A stretch of 63,165 nucleotides of DNA, counting the filler, from Octopus bimaculoides (taxonomy: Eukaryota): assembly GCF_001194135.2 (NCBI RefSeq). It is 5 parts of 5 records of this genome, joined end to end, with 100 filler letters (N's around TTAATTAATTAA, not from the genome) between each part and the next. Parts side by side here need not be neighbours in the genome. Positions count along the whole stretch, not along the records: positions 35,420 to 57,651 come from NC_069001.1; positions 57,752 to 63,165 come from NC_068982.1; 3 more parts are not named here. One strand, 5' to 3'. The notes below the pieces were generated by a model, which worked only from the letters and a program-made list of their open reading frames with translations, did not search any database and had not been told where the DNA came from. Made by a program: the position numbers and the translations under genes. Shown piece by piece: positions 50,747-63,165 of this stretch (the stretch's first letter is position 1; every line of letters begins with the position of its first letter).

Positions 50747-51279
50747 CTGGCTGTTGTTCTTGTGTTTGGTTTGCAAGATTCTTAATGTGCTGAAATGAAA
50801 CAGATTTTGTAGCATCTCGGGAGGGTCATTATGCCAACAAAAACACACGCACTGTTTCTGTTTTACTTCTTTTATTATCCATCAGTTGGTTGTGTGTCAT
50901 TGTGACTGTGTTTGTCCTTCTCCCACTTCTTGACAGCTAGTGTTCGCGTGTTTACGTCCCCGTAACTTAGCAAGTTCGGCATTCGGGACCGCTAGAAAAA
51001 AAGACTTTAAAAAAAAGCCAAAAGAAAAAAGCAACATAAATACTGGGCCAGTTTGTTCGACTAAGACCATTTAAAGTGGTGCTCTAGCATGGCCGCATTT
51101 TAATGACTGAAACAAGCAAAAGATAAAAAAAAAGCAGCAAGAATTTACTATTCTTTAAGCAAAACACTGAGGCTTTGTAAGTCTTTAAATTCTTTTTAAT
51201 TCTAAGAATATAAACAATAAAAAAAAAATCTCACGTGAAAAAAATTCTAGCGTTCTTTGAGTAAAGATAAACAGACGCA

Positions 51280-51675
51280 GGCGTGACTGTATGGTAAGTA
51301 GCTTGCTTCCTAGCCACATAGTTCCGGGTTCAGTCCCACTGCATGGCACCTTGGGCAAGTGTCTTCTGCTATAGCCTAGGGCCGACCAAAGCCTTGTGAG
51401 AGAATTTGATAGACGCAAACTGAAAAAAATTCTTCACACACACACACGTGTGTGTTTGTGCCTGTCCTCATTCCCACTTCTTGACAACCAGTGTTGGTGT
51501 GTTTACGTCCCCATAACTTAGAAGTTCGGCATAAGAACCCGATAGAATAAGTACCAGGCTTAAAAAACATAAAACCAAGTACAGGGGTTGATTCATTCGA
51601 TTAAGAATTCTTCAAGGCGGTGCCCCAGCATGGCCGCAGTCTAATTACTAAAAGAACAAGCAAAAGATAAAAGAA
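51280..51675 (+). mobile_element. SINE family A/B copy
   Basis: Head, CA tract and body in + orientation. Confidence 0.85.
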
Positions 51676-51689
51676 TTGATCATTGTTTT

Positions 51690-52270
51690 AATAAAACTAG
51701 GAATTCTACCATTCTTGAAGTAAAGCAGTAGGAATTGTACCATTCTTTGAGTAAAACAGTAAATATTCTATCATTCTTATAAAATACTCTTGTAAAAAAG
51801 AATAAGAATCTTTCCATTTTTTGAGTAAAACATTAAGAATGAATGTTTTTAAGTAAAGCACTAAAAAATTCCAATTCTTTATATAAAACACTTGGAATTC
51901 TACCATTCTTTGAGTGAAATTGTAAAGACCTCAGCTTAAAAAAAAAACCAAAAGAACTCTTGTAAAAGAACAAGAAATTTACCATTCTTTGAGCAAAACA
52001 CTCAAGAATTGAAGTTGTCTTTTTGTAACGTAAAGCGCTTAATTTATAATTTTATAAGTAAAACAATGGCAATTCTTTGAGTGGAACCGTAAAGATTCTA
52101 GCATTTTACAAAAATACTCTTGTAAAAGAACAAGAAATTTACCATTCTTTGAGCATAACAGAAAGAATTTGTTCTATGATTTCAGTAAGAATTCTATTAT
52201 TCTTGCAATTGAAACGCTAAAAATGTTGTCATTTCTCAAAAGAAAGAACAAGAATCTTGTCATTCTTTAA
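51690..52270 (+). repeat. Degenerate AT-rich minisatellite, unit about 29-30 bp
   Basis: Consensus near aagaattctaccattctttgagtaaaacagt; actcttgtaaaa recurs at 51786, 51956, 52116. Confidence 0.75.
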
Positions 52271-52375
52271 GGGTTCTTCTTTCCATTCCTTCTCTTATCT
52301 TTCTTTTCCTTCTCTTTCCCTTTTGTTTTTGTTCTTTTTATTTTCGCATAGCTTCAGGCTTTCCCCCCCTTCTAG

Positions 52376-52760
52376 TTGTTGTGGTGGTGGTCGTGGTCGT
52401 TGTTGTTTTTGCTTTTGTCATTGTTGTTGTTGTTGTTCCCCTTCTTTTCCTCCTCCTCCTCCTTTTGCTGCTCTCCCTCCTCCTCCTCTTCTTCTGTTTC
52501 TTTCCCCCCCCCTCCTCCTTTTGTTGCTCTCCCTCCGCCTCCTCTTCTTCTGTTTCTTTCCCTCCTCCTTCCCCTCTTCTGTTTCTTTCCCTCTCCCTCC
52601 TTTTCTGTTTCTTTTCCTCCTCCTTTTCTTCTCCTGTTTCTGCTTTTGCTCCTCTCTCTCCTTTTCTTCTGTTTCTTTTCTTCTGTTTCTTTTCTTCTTC
52701 TTCCTCTTCTCTTCTTCTGTTTCTTCTTTTTCTCCTCCTCCTCCTCCTCCTATTCTTCTT
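52376..52760. repeat. Pyrimidine-rich trinucleotide mosaic with duplicated sub-blocks
   Basis: (CCT)n/(TCT)n with a repeated tctgtttcttt motif. Confidence 0.85.
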
Positions 52761-53201
52761 CCCCCTCCTCTTACGCCGTCACCCCCTTATTTTCTCTACT
52801 CTCTTCCTCTCTGTTACTTGCCTTACTTAATTCTATGTCACTTAAAATATTCATAAACATTTTTTACTAAATATCAACTGCAATTTTTATTCCACACACA
52901 CACACACACACATGCACGCATAATACATACATACATACATACACACATGCACACACATACACAGAAACACTTGTACACACGTAGAAGCAGGCACAAGCAC
53001 GCACACGTACGTACAGAGAAGGAGCGAAAGTATTTGCACATTTCTGTATAAAGTCACGTATGTACACACACACACACAGAAGACACGGTACAGGGAGCTC
53101 GAAACAATGAGAAACGGATAAATCTCGTAATACACACGCGTGCGCACGCGCACAGACATACATACACACACACACACATGGATGAATATATGTACGTAAA
53201 G

Positions 53202-53241
<40 letters not shown>

Positions 53242-54177
53242 AAATACATATATTTGTGCGTGCGTGTGTGTGTGTGTGTGTGTAAATATAAGTATGTACA
53301 TATACACACATACACGTACACACACATATATAACAGTATTATGACTAAATGCATAATTAGTCTCGTGTAACAAGCATTCGCTTCTTACTCATCATACACT
53401 ACATACACATACGAACACTACACTACACCTCCTGATATATATATATATATGTTTATATATGTTTATATATGTTTATATATGTTTATGTGCATAGACACGT
53501 AAGCATGTGTAGCATACGTAAGTTTGAGTGTGTGTGTGTGTGTATGTGCTTACGTGAAGGAAAACGTAATAATTTAAAAGACTATAATGCACAACACTCA
53601 GCATTTAAACCCCCACCACATTCCGTGTAATTCGTTGTCCAAATTTATGCGAATGACTCATTAGAATTATGTTTCTCTTAGCTCATTAAAGTTCTAATTA
53701 ATCTAAATGACTGTTGCACATGGCTGTTCTAAACTCTTTCCGCTTTGTATCTGTTAAATTGTCAGTATCTTTTCGGAGGCGATTAGAACAGATGAGGCAA
53801 AATCTAGACCGAAACATTTGTCCATTGCTGTCGCTCGCCTCTAAATCAAGAGATCAGGTTATCCTTTTTTTGTCTGCTATGCGTTATTGTTATTCACAAT
53901 TGTGTCAATATTAAACGCTTGAAAGTATCTTCGCTTCTCATTCTGAAAGCTGCTAAAAATTACGGCTAGGTTTTGACCCTCCGTCAATCCTGAATTTTAT
54001 TTTAGAATTTATGGGAGCAACTGTCTTTGAAGACTCATATTGTCGTTGAGTGCTCGAAACGAGGAGTAGACAGACAGCCGTTTACTTGCCTTGTCTTGTT
54101 TTCCGTTTTTTTCTCGTTGTTTATGTATCTCATGTTATTTGCACAGCTGGTGATATCCTGTACCCATATATGCATGC

Positions 54178-54277
<100 letters not shown>

Positions 54278-54654
54278 GCACACATACACACACGAGAGAA
54301 ACTGTACTGAGAAAAAGTCGACGCTCTAAACATAACAGGAAGATTAATTTGTGAATGACTCGCAACAAAGGTTCAGCTCAGATGAAATTACGCTCTTTAA
54401 CTTCATTGGCAACAAAAACATCCAACCGAAATATCACTGAAAGTACGATGTCTAGACTTAGAGAATTTCGGTGATAAAAGCCATTACAGGTATCGATGCC
54501 GGTGTAGCTATGTGCTTGAGAAGGCCACTTTGCAGCGGTTTCCATTTCAGTCCCACTGCGTGACACCTTGAGCAAATGTCTTTTACTGTAGTTTTGTGAG
54601 TGAATTTGGTAGATGGAAACTGTATGGAAGCCGGTCGTACGTATGTGTATATGC

Positions 54655-54885
54655 GTCTTATTTCTTTATTGCCCACAAGGGGCTAAACATAGAGGGGACA
54701 AACAAGGACAGGCAAAGGGATTAAGTCGATTACATCGATCCCAGTGCGTAACTGGTACTTAATTTATCGAAAGGTTGAAAGGCAAAGTCGACCTCGGCGA
54801 AATTTGAACTCAGAACGTAACGGTAGACGAAATATCGCTAAGCATTTCGCCCGGCGTGCTAATGATTCTGCCAGCTCGCCGCCTT
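54655..54885 (-). mobile_element. SINE family C copy
   Basis: Reverse complement of the family C head and body. Confidence 0.85.
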
Positions 54886-56401
54886 TATGACACACATATA
54901 CACGTATGTATATATGTGTGTCACACATACACACGTATGTGTATATGTGTGTTTGTGTCTGTGTTTGTCCCCCACCACAGACACTGCTTGACAACAGATG
55001 TTAGTTTGTTTATGTTCTTCTCAATTTAGCGTTTTTAGGTGGCCACAATGGAAAACTAATTGGTACAAGAACTAAACATAGAATATGCTCCAGGTAAGGG
55101 AACGATAGAGAGCGAGAAATCAAAAGAAGATATATAAAACAACGTCGTACTAAAGTTCAATGGAGACCAGTAGAAATAAAACACCAAGCAGTACATTAGT
55201 TTTTATTTCCAAAGTAAATATCGATAGAAACAGAGATGTGGCTAAGAAGTTCGCTCTGCAACCACGTGGTTTCGGGTTCATTCCCACTGCGTGACACCTT
55301 GACCTTTTTCTGCTATAGTCTCCGAGCCTACCAATGCCTTGTGGGTGGTTTTGATAGAAAGAAACTGCGTGGAAGCCCATTGTAGAAGGGGGCTTCTGCC
55401 CCTCAAACTCTTGACTGCATTTCCCCACATACATTTATGCTTTTTTCCGTTGGCAATGCTTTCTCTGTGTGTCCTCTGCGTGCCGTAAAAGGCGACTAAA
55501 AGAGATTGGGATGCGATTTGCACTCCGATCTTGTAAAATCGTTACCAGGAACGACTACCAAAACAGACACATCAAGTTCAATCCTCCGGGAAGGTATCTC
55601 GATTGCCTATAAGTCCTGTCGTATGGGGAAACCCCTGGAGGACAGGATGTGTTGGAAGATCGTCGCCTGAGTGATGCAAAGATGTCATCTGCCAGGAATA
55701 AGGAATAACAAATGGCGACAAATGGCGGATGCAGCAACGCACTGCAACTGCGCATGCTCCTATACCTAATCTTGTATTATAGTGTAAATCTTTAAAAAAT
55801 TTCTTCTTTAAGAAAGTCCTAAAGAAAGCGAGAAGCCACTTTGTGTAAGGGACCATGAGGAAGGAGAAATTAAGACGAAAGAAATGAATTTACATTAGAC
55901 TTGAAAAAGTTCAGGTCATAAAAAGCAGCCAAAACCACAAGATGGCATTTGGATGAAGATGCTGTGCGTTTTGAGAGTTGAGATGGCACAAAGTGATTTG
56001 GAACAAAGAAAGTTCGTCAGAGCACTTCCTGTGGTAACAACGATAGAGAAAACCTCGACGAGACAAGACACTTGTCTCTTTAACATAATTCCCAGACCTA
56101 ACCAGGATGACACAATATCAAGGCTTGACTAGTGAAATGCAGCTTCAGTCAATCGTGTAAGTGGCCGAGTATTCCACAGACATAATTCTCAGTCTAACAT
56201 TCTGCAACACGGCTGAACATTTGACCTACGGGTACAATTCATACGATGGCCTTCTATCCTGTTTCTGTCTCCCTAATTTTTTTCACAAACCAGGGGTCAA
56301 ATCGAGGATATAGAAAACAATATTTGTCGAAGATGAGATCGAAACCAGTAACTTGTTGAACCATTCTATCATATTGCGCCTATATAGAGGATATACGTCC
56401 A

Positions 56402-56443
<42 letters not shown>

Positions 56444-57651
56444 GTGTATCGATGTTGTCTGGAAAGGAGGTGAAAACCTTCTTGGAAAGGAAGTGGAAAT
56501 GGTGGAAGAGTGGTACAAACCATCCGACAAGATTCCGCACAGTTTCTGTCTACTTAATTTCCTCCTGCAGGCTTGGATCAACCGGAAGGTGTGTGTGTAT
56601 GTGTATGTATGTGTGTATATGTGGTGTGTTTGTGTGTGAGATGGGCGTGTATATGTGTATATGTGTGAGTGAATGTTCATGTGATTGTGTATGTGCGTGT
56701 GTGTGTATATATATAGTTACTCCCCAAATGCCATAAACATACCACGCTCCGATGCAGTATAGTGTTCCTAAAACAATAAACAATTCTATCCGAAGGAAAT
56801 ACTGCTCAGGAATAATTATAGAGGAGAACATTGCTATTATTAGAAACACACATACGCACGTACGTACACTGTCTGTCTGTATGTATGTCTGTCTCTCTTT
56901 CTCTCTCTCACACGCACGCGCACATACACACCAACATACATATGTATGTACATACACACACGTATACATTCATACATAAATACATATAGACATACACACA
57001 TACTCACAAACACACACATTTATATACATTACATGAATACATTCTTACATATATACACGCTCTCACATATGCACACATACATATACATACACACACATAC
57101 ATATATACATACATGCACACATAAATGGACATTGATTCATGAACATATGTATACACATACATACGGACAGACATATGTATGCATATTTTTTGTTGTCCTA
57201 GTATATCTAGGACTACATTATTCAAATGCGTTCTTTTTAGAAGACGGTCAGGTGTAATTTGACTGTGTGGCCGTTAATTGCAAATTCATCGAAACAAGCT
57301 CGTTATAGTTATTTAACCCTCGGTCATCTCAGTTCACGAAGCAGTTCTATGATCAGAGACGTTCCAGATATAACCAAACAATGTTTTTTGCTTACTTTGT
57401 CAGAGTGGTCAAGAAGTTCGTTTTGCAACCACATGATTTCGGGTTCAGTCCCACTTGGCCCCTTGGGCAAGCGTCTTCTACTATAGCTCCTCGACCAACC
57501 ATTGTCTTGTGAATGAATTCGATTGGCAGAAACTGTGTGGAAGCCCATCCAGCATGACCACAGCCGCCTGGCTGAAACACAAAAGAATAATATATATATT
57601 ATGTATATAGAGTGTTAGGTGTGATGTATATATGTATGTATGTATATATAT

Positions 57652-57751
57652 NNNNNNNNNNNNNNNNNNNNNNNNNNNNNNNNNNNNNNNNNNNNTTAAT
57701 TAATTAANNNNNNNNNNNNNNNNNNNNNNNNNNNNNNNNNNNNNNNNNNNN
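57652..57751. other. Assembly placeholder join (44 N + TTAATTAATTAA + 44 N)
   Basis: Same pattern. Confidence 0.92.
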
Positions 57752-57796
<45 letters not shown>

Positions 57797-58217
57797 AACG
57801 GGTTTCTTTCAGTTTCTGTCTGCTATATCTATAGAGGTGTAGCAGATGTTTGTTAATGTTGATCTGTTCATGTACATGCAAGTTTGGACAAGATCTTTTG
57901 AGGAAGACAAAGGACTGAGATATCTGGTGCCTTGCTGTACTCAAGAAGACCTGTCTACCATAGCAGAATTTTTAATGTTGTTCTCCCTGCTGAACAGGAT
58001 TGACCTGTTAGAGCTCTGTGCTGGTGCCACATAGGAGATTCCAGTAGTGAACAGTTTCATTGTCGAACAGTAGTTAAAATAGAGTATATTGTAAGAAATA
58101 AGTGTGAGAAGATATGCAGATTATCTTTTACATCATTAGATGCAATTTTACATGAATACTCTATTTCTTTCTCTCTCTCTCTCTCTCTCTCTCCCCCCTC
58201 TCTCTCTCTATATATAT

Positions 58218-58360
58218 ATTGGCGTTAGGAAGGGCATCCAGCTGTAGAAACTCAGCCAAATCAGATTGGAGCCTGGTATTGCCATCCGGTTTCACCAGTC
58301 CTCAGTCAAATCGTCCAACCCATGCTAGCATGGAAAGCAGACGTTAAACAATGATGATGA
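58218..58360 (+). mobile_element. SINE/LINE-tail family E
   Basis: ttggcgttaggaagggcatccagctgtagaaac..aacccatgctagcatggaaagc..(gat)n; also 1-50, 700-860, 5700-5900 (-), 60960-61110 (-). Confidence 0.75.
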
Positions 58361-58364
58361 TTTA

Positions 58365-58397
<33 letters not shown>

Positions 58398-59032
58398 NNN
58401 NNNNNNNNNNNNNNNNNNNNNNNNNNNNNNNNNNNNNNNNNNNNNNNNNNNNNNNNNNNNNNNNNNNNNNNNNNNNNNNNNNNNNNNNNNNNNNNNNNNN
58501 NNNNNNNNNNNNNNNNNNNNNNNNNNNNNNNNNNNNNNNNNNNNNNNNNNNNNNNNNNNNNNNNNNNNNNNNNNNNNNNNNNNNNNNNNNNNNNNNNNNN
58601 NNNNNNNNNNNNNNNNNNNNNNNNNNNNNNNNNNNNNNNNNNNNNNNNNNNNNNNNNNNNNNNNNNNNNNNNNNNNNNNNNNNNNNNNNNNNNNNNNNNN
58701 NNNNNNNNNNNNNNNNNNNNNNNNNNNNNNNNNNNNNNNNNNNNNNNNNNNNNNNNNNNNNNNNNNNNNNNNNNNNNNNNNNNNNNNNNNNNNNNNNNNN
58801 NNNNNNNNNNNNNNNNNNNNNNNNNNNNNNNNNNNNNNNNNNNNNNNNNNNNNNNNNNNNNNNNNNNNNNNNNNNNNNNNNNNNNNNNNNNNNNNNNNNN
58901 NNNNNNNNNNNNNNNNNNNNNNNNNNNNNNNNNNNNNNNNNNNNNNNNNNNNNNNNNNNNNNNNNNNNNNNNNNNNNNNNNNNNNNNNNNNNNNNNATAT
59001 ATATATATATATATATATATATATACTCTTTT

Positions 59033-59776
59033 TCTTTTACTCTCTTACTTGTTTCAGTCATTTGACTGCGGCCATGCTGGAGCACTGCCTTTAGTCAAGC
59101 GAATCGACCCCAGGATTTATTCTTTGTAAGCTTAGTACTTATTTTATCGGTCTCTTTTGCCGAACTGTTAAGTTATGGGGACACAAACACACCACCATCA
59201 GTTGTCAAGCGATGTTGGGGGGACAAACACAGACACACATACATATATATGAAAGGCTTCTTTCAGTTTCCATCTACCAAATCTACTCACAAGGCTTTGG
59301 TCAATGTACCACACTGGAATGATCCTGGAACCATGTGGTTGGTAAGCAAGCTACTTACCTGCAATATATATTCTTTTATTCTTTTACTTGTTTCAGTCAT
59401 TTGACTGCGGCCATGCTGGGGCACAGCCTTTAGTCGAGCAAATTGACTCTAGGACTTATTCTTTGTAAGCCTAGTACTTATTCTATCCGTCTCTTTTTGC
59501 CAAACTGCTAAGTTATGGGGATGTAAACACACGAGCATTGGTTGTCAAGCGATGTTGGCAGGACAGACACACAAACTTATACACACACATACATACATAT
59601 ATATGTATATATGCATATGAGGGGCTTCTTTCAGTTTCCGTCTACCAAATCCACTCACAAAGCTTTGGTCAGCCCGAGTCTATAGTAGAAGACACTTGCC
59701 CAAGGTGCCACGCAGTGGGACGGAACCTGGAACCATGTGGTTGGTAAGCAAGCTACTTACTAGACAGCCACTCCTG
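59033..59776 (-). mobile_element. Two tandem SINE family A/B copies
   Basis: Body/head repeated at 59033-59362 and 59368-59776. Confidence 0.85.
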
Positions 59777-60329
59777 ATATTTAATGATTGAGAAACAAAC
59801 TTCTTATCACAGTTATGCTTGCTACTGCCTCTGATGAAAATTTGAAGCTCTGAAATGAAAGAGCTCAACTGAGCATCAAACCTATATCGTAGACCTTGTT
59901 CATCAGAGACTTACCCTCACATGCTGTAATGCCTACTGCACACAGGTGTTCATTATTTACCCAGGTTTACAAACATCTGGGTCTTTTTTCTTGTTTTTGG
60001 TAGCATGTAGATGTTGATGTGGAAGTTGCAACACATGATATTTTAATTTTCAATCTTGGTCATTAGTATAACAGTCACACAACTAAAGACTAATTTTCTA
60101 ATGTTACTCTTACAGACATTTTAATGAGATATTGAAAATAATCTGACTTACTGAATTTAGTTATAATGTCAATGTTTCGATTAACAGTAATGAATTCAAT
60201 TTTAAAGAAAGTAGCTTAGCTGGTTCTCTCTCCAAGAGTGTATGATTGCAAATACACACAGCTGAAATGAAATTCCTCTAAAGGATCTCTGGAGCCATCT
60301 TACTTGATAAGTTATGTAGCTTGGAGACC

Positions 60330-60595
60330 AGGTTGAGCCTCTATTTCTCTGAATTGAGAGGTCACAGTTCTGGTACTATGGAAATGTAAATAGAATGTCT
60401 CAGGAAAGAATCACAGGACAGATTCTTCAAACTGAGCCACCTTTTTGCAAAAGACCTAGGAGTAGACCAAGAACAAGAGGGTTGCGTAATATCCAGAGTC
60501 TCAGTTGATTTCAGCTTTTGATAGGACCCTACAGAGGAGGGGGCATGAGAACTTTACCCTCATGACTCTCCCAGGAATAGTAGGTGGATAGATTC
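60330..60595 (+). mobile_element. RTE-type LINE 3' end (degenerate)
   Basis: Nucleotide similarity to 13215-13470 including the ctcccaggaatagt terminus. Confidence 0.55.
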
Positions 60596-60599
60596 TCTC

Positions 60600-60640
<41 letters not shown>

Positions 60641-61867
60641 AGACACATTCTTTTATGCTTTAAAGTCATTAGGTTGTGGCCAAGGTGCAGCACCACTTTC
60701 AAGGGCTTTGGTCATTGTTGACCCTAGCTCTTATTTCTATTGGTTACATGTTTTATCAAATCACTAAATTGTGTTCTTTGAGATACCAATGTAAATAAAC
60801 ACACACTCTGTCACACACTGAGCTTCTGTATAGTTCTGTCTCTCACACTGTAATCACAAAATATTTGTTGACCCAAGGCTGCAGAAGAAAACTCTAGCCT
60901 AAGGTGTCACATAGTGTAATGAAACTTGGAAGCACGTGCTTGTGAAGTGAAATTCTTATCCACACTACTATACCTGTCATCATCATTGTATTAGTGTTCA
61001 TTTTTCAATAATTGCATGGGTTAGATGGAGTTTATTGAAGCAGATTTTTTACAACCAGATGTCCTTTGTATTGCCAACCCTGACCTATTTCCAAGTAAGA
61101 TAATATTTCTCCATTGCTAGATATGTTCTCATGTGACTTTCATTTACAACTATCATGCAGTGACAAAACATGGAGATGTGAGCACGTGTGCATGCACACA
61201 CATACACCACATAATGGGCTTCTTTCATTTTCTATTTGCCAAATCAACTCACAGGGCTTTTGTTGGCCTGGGGCTGTTGTAGAAGACACTCACTCAAGGT
61301 GTTACACAGCGGCACTGAACCCAAAACCATGTGGTTGTGAAGCAAGCTTCTCAACCATACAACCATGTCTGCATCTGTGTCCATAGAAAATGCAGAATGT
61401 TTCAGGTATTTGTCTGTCTCAGAATCCCTTTTTTTCTCTCCTACAACCTTTAGGAAAATGTAGCGAGTTATCTTTTTTAGACTTAGACAGTGTCTTGGTC
61501 ACTGTGCTTGCAACAGAATGAACTATGCTAAAGGAACCCAAAAGTCAGGTGTTGGTGTTAAACCATGTTATGGAGGAAGTCTGCTACCCTAAGAGAGGAT
61601 TAGTCCTTTCAACAGGTTTTCACACAGTTTCTATTTACCAAATTTCACTCACATCTTTGGTCAACAGTAACATGTAAGCACAAATACATGTCATATATGA
61701 TAGATGCTGCCATAGTACTAAGTTTGCTTTGTAACCATATGGTTTTGGGTACAGTTCCATTGCATGGAATCTCAGACAAGTGCCTTCTACTATAGCCCTG
61801 TAAAAAATTTGGTAGGTGAAAATTGAAATAAATCCATCATGTGTGTGTTTGTGTGTGTGTATATATA

Positions 61868-61911
<44 letters not shown>

Positions 61912-62844
61912 CATACATACATGTACGCACACACAGAGATGGCCATAAATCGCTTTATCCATTTGTGTTTATTATTATTAGAATTGGGTAAAGCAACTTA
62001 TGGCCAAACATATATATATATATTATATACTTTGTGCAGGTGGGCAACTCTTGTATTCACAAAGATCCTGCGACTCCAGTTTTATATCTATTAGTAAAAG
62101 TTTTTTATCAGTCATCTATGAATGTGCATGCACATACACACACACTATCTTCTAAATATGAGGGTAATAAATTTATAGAAAAGCTAAACTGAGAGCAAAT
62201 AACAAAGCATTATCTTGGCAATCCATAAAAGCACAATTAACAACTCACAAAAGCATATCCACAGATAGGAATTGCTCTCATGAATAAACTCCCTCTCAAT
62301 ATAATTGTCTCTCTATTTTCTCATTTATCTACAGCTTTAGTATAACTCTACCCTTTCTTCACTACCACTTATCACCTCCTTCTCAATGAGCTGCTTTTAC
62401 TTTTTCTTATCCCTACCCCTCATACTGATATTTACCATCAACTTTACTTCCACCCTTGTTCTACATTTACTGCATTCACCTCTAACCACATGTGATTCTC
62501 CTCTCTCACTTTAATAAATTTACTCATCCATTCTTCCCAATCCTTTGTATTCTTTTTCATACTCACTTTCCTGTATCTTGAGAGTAGAGTCTAACATCTC
62601 ATCACCAGCATCTTTCAAGCTACATCCATCCATCCTTATGTAATGTGGTGGTTGGCATTATCTCCTCTATAGCAAGACACTTGTGTTTATCCCTCTCTCA
62701 TACTTTACCTGTTGATGCCTGGCACAAAAGCCATCTCTACTACAACTCCACTTAGTGGAGGAGTTTTCTTTTTCCTTATCTTGTAAGTTATTTAGCAACC
62801 TCACTAGTGCTGGTATAAGAGCAAATGCACTTGGTATACTGGTA

Positions 62845-63165
62845 TCTATATATATAAAAATGAGAATGTCTGTCTGTCTGTGTGAATCCCTAAAACTCGA
62901 GAACTACGCAACCAATTTCATTCAAATTTTACACATGCCTTACTTAGGATTCCAGTTGTGTTTTAGTCAAAAAAAAATTTTTTAACTTCTTGCAGAGTTC
63001 GAGCACACGGCAACATAATATCGCTTCCACTATTTAAGTATTACGTGTCAAAAGTGAAACAAAAACACTCATGTCAAATACTTTCACTTTAAAAATGAAA
63101 CTATTCCACTAACTGAAACAATCACATTTCGATACTGTTTTGACAGATACTTTCACAGAGAGAGA
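62845..63165 (+). mobile_element. Non-autonomous Helitron-like element, 5' end (runs off window)
   Basis: A|TCtatatatataaaaatgagaatgtctgtctgtc start, the typical Helitron 5' signature; 3' end not visible. Confidence 0.55.

Noticed and set aside
52376-52760. Glu/Lys-rich protein on the minus strand
   Set aside because: The acidic frame shifts repeatedly, with no start or splice sites.
55900-56110. L1/Tx1 zf-RVT-like fragment (WHKVIWNK..HFLW)
   Set aside because: Too short and degenerate to call without a search.
59915-59935. 21-nt phase 1-1 minus micro-exon with a strong donor
   Set aside because: Poor polypyrimidine tract and no link to either gene; a chance match is likely.

Overview
Repeat-dense, AT-rich animal genomic DNA. 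The SINE families and microsatellite load point to an Octopus-type draft assembly (inference); it has many N gaps and four 100-bp placeholder joins. Two protein-coding loci can be supported. (1) One 1033-bp internal exon (15276-16308, +) of an NMDA-class ionotropic glutamate receptor of the GluN3/NR3 type, covering the end of the ATD, S1, M1-M3 and the start of S2; no other exon of this gene was recognised. (2) A minus-strand immunoglobulin-superfamily gene that the ORF track only fragments: six clean phase-1/phase-1 exons (34593 down to 21432) form two diverged copies of a three-exon module, plus a likely seventh exon and a decayed upstream copy. They splice into about 360-385 aa of alternating canonical and Trp-less Ig-like domains, and as assembled lie antisense, downstream of the GluN3 exon. 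The rest is transposon debris (R4/Dong, RTE, CR1/L2-like and Tx1-like LINEs, Penelope remnants with hammerhead-like cores, maT and mariner, hAT and piggyBac-type MITEs, a Helitron end, several tRNA-derived SINE families), hairpins, minisatellites and microsatellites. Best leads: the modular split-exon Ig array and a GluN3 pore His codon (CAT) one A-to-I edit away from the vertebrate Arg. All calls are by eye; no searches were run.
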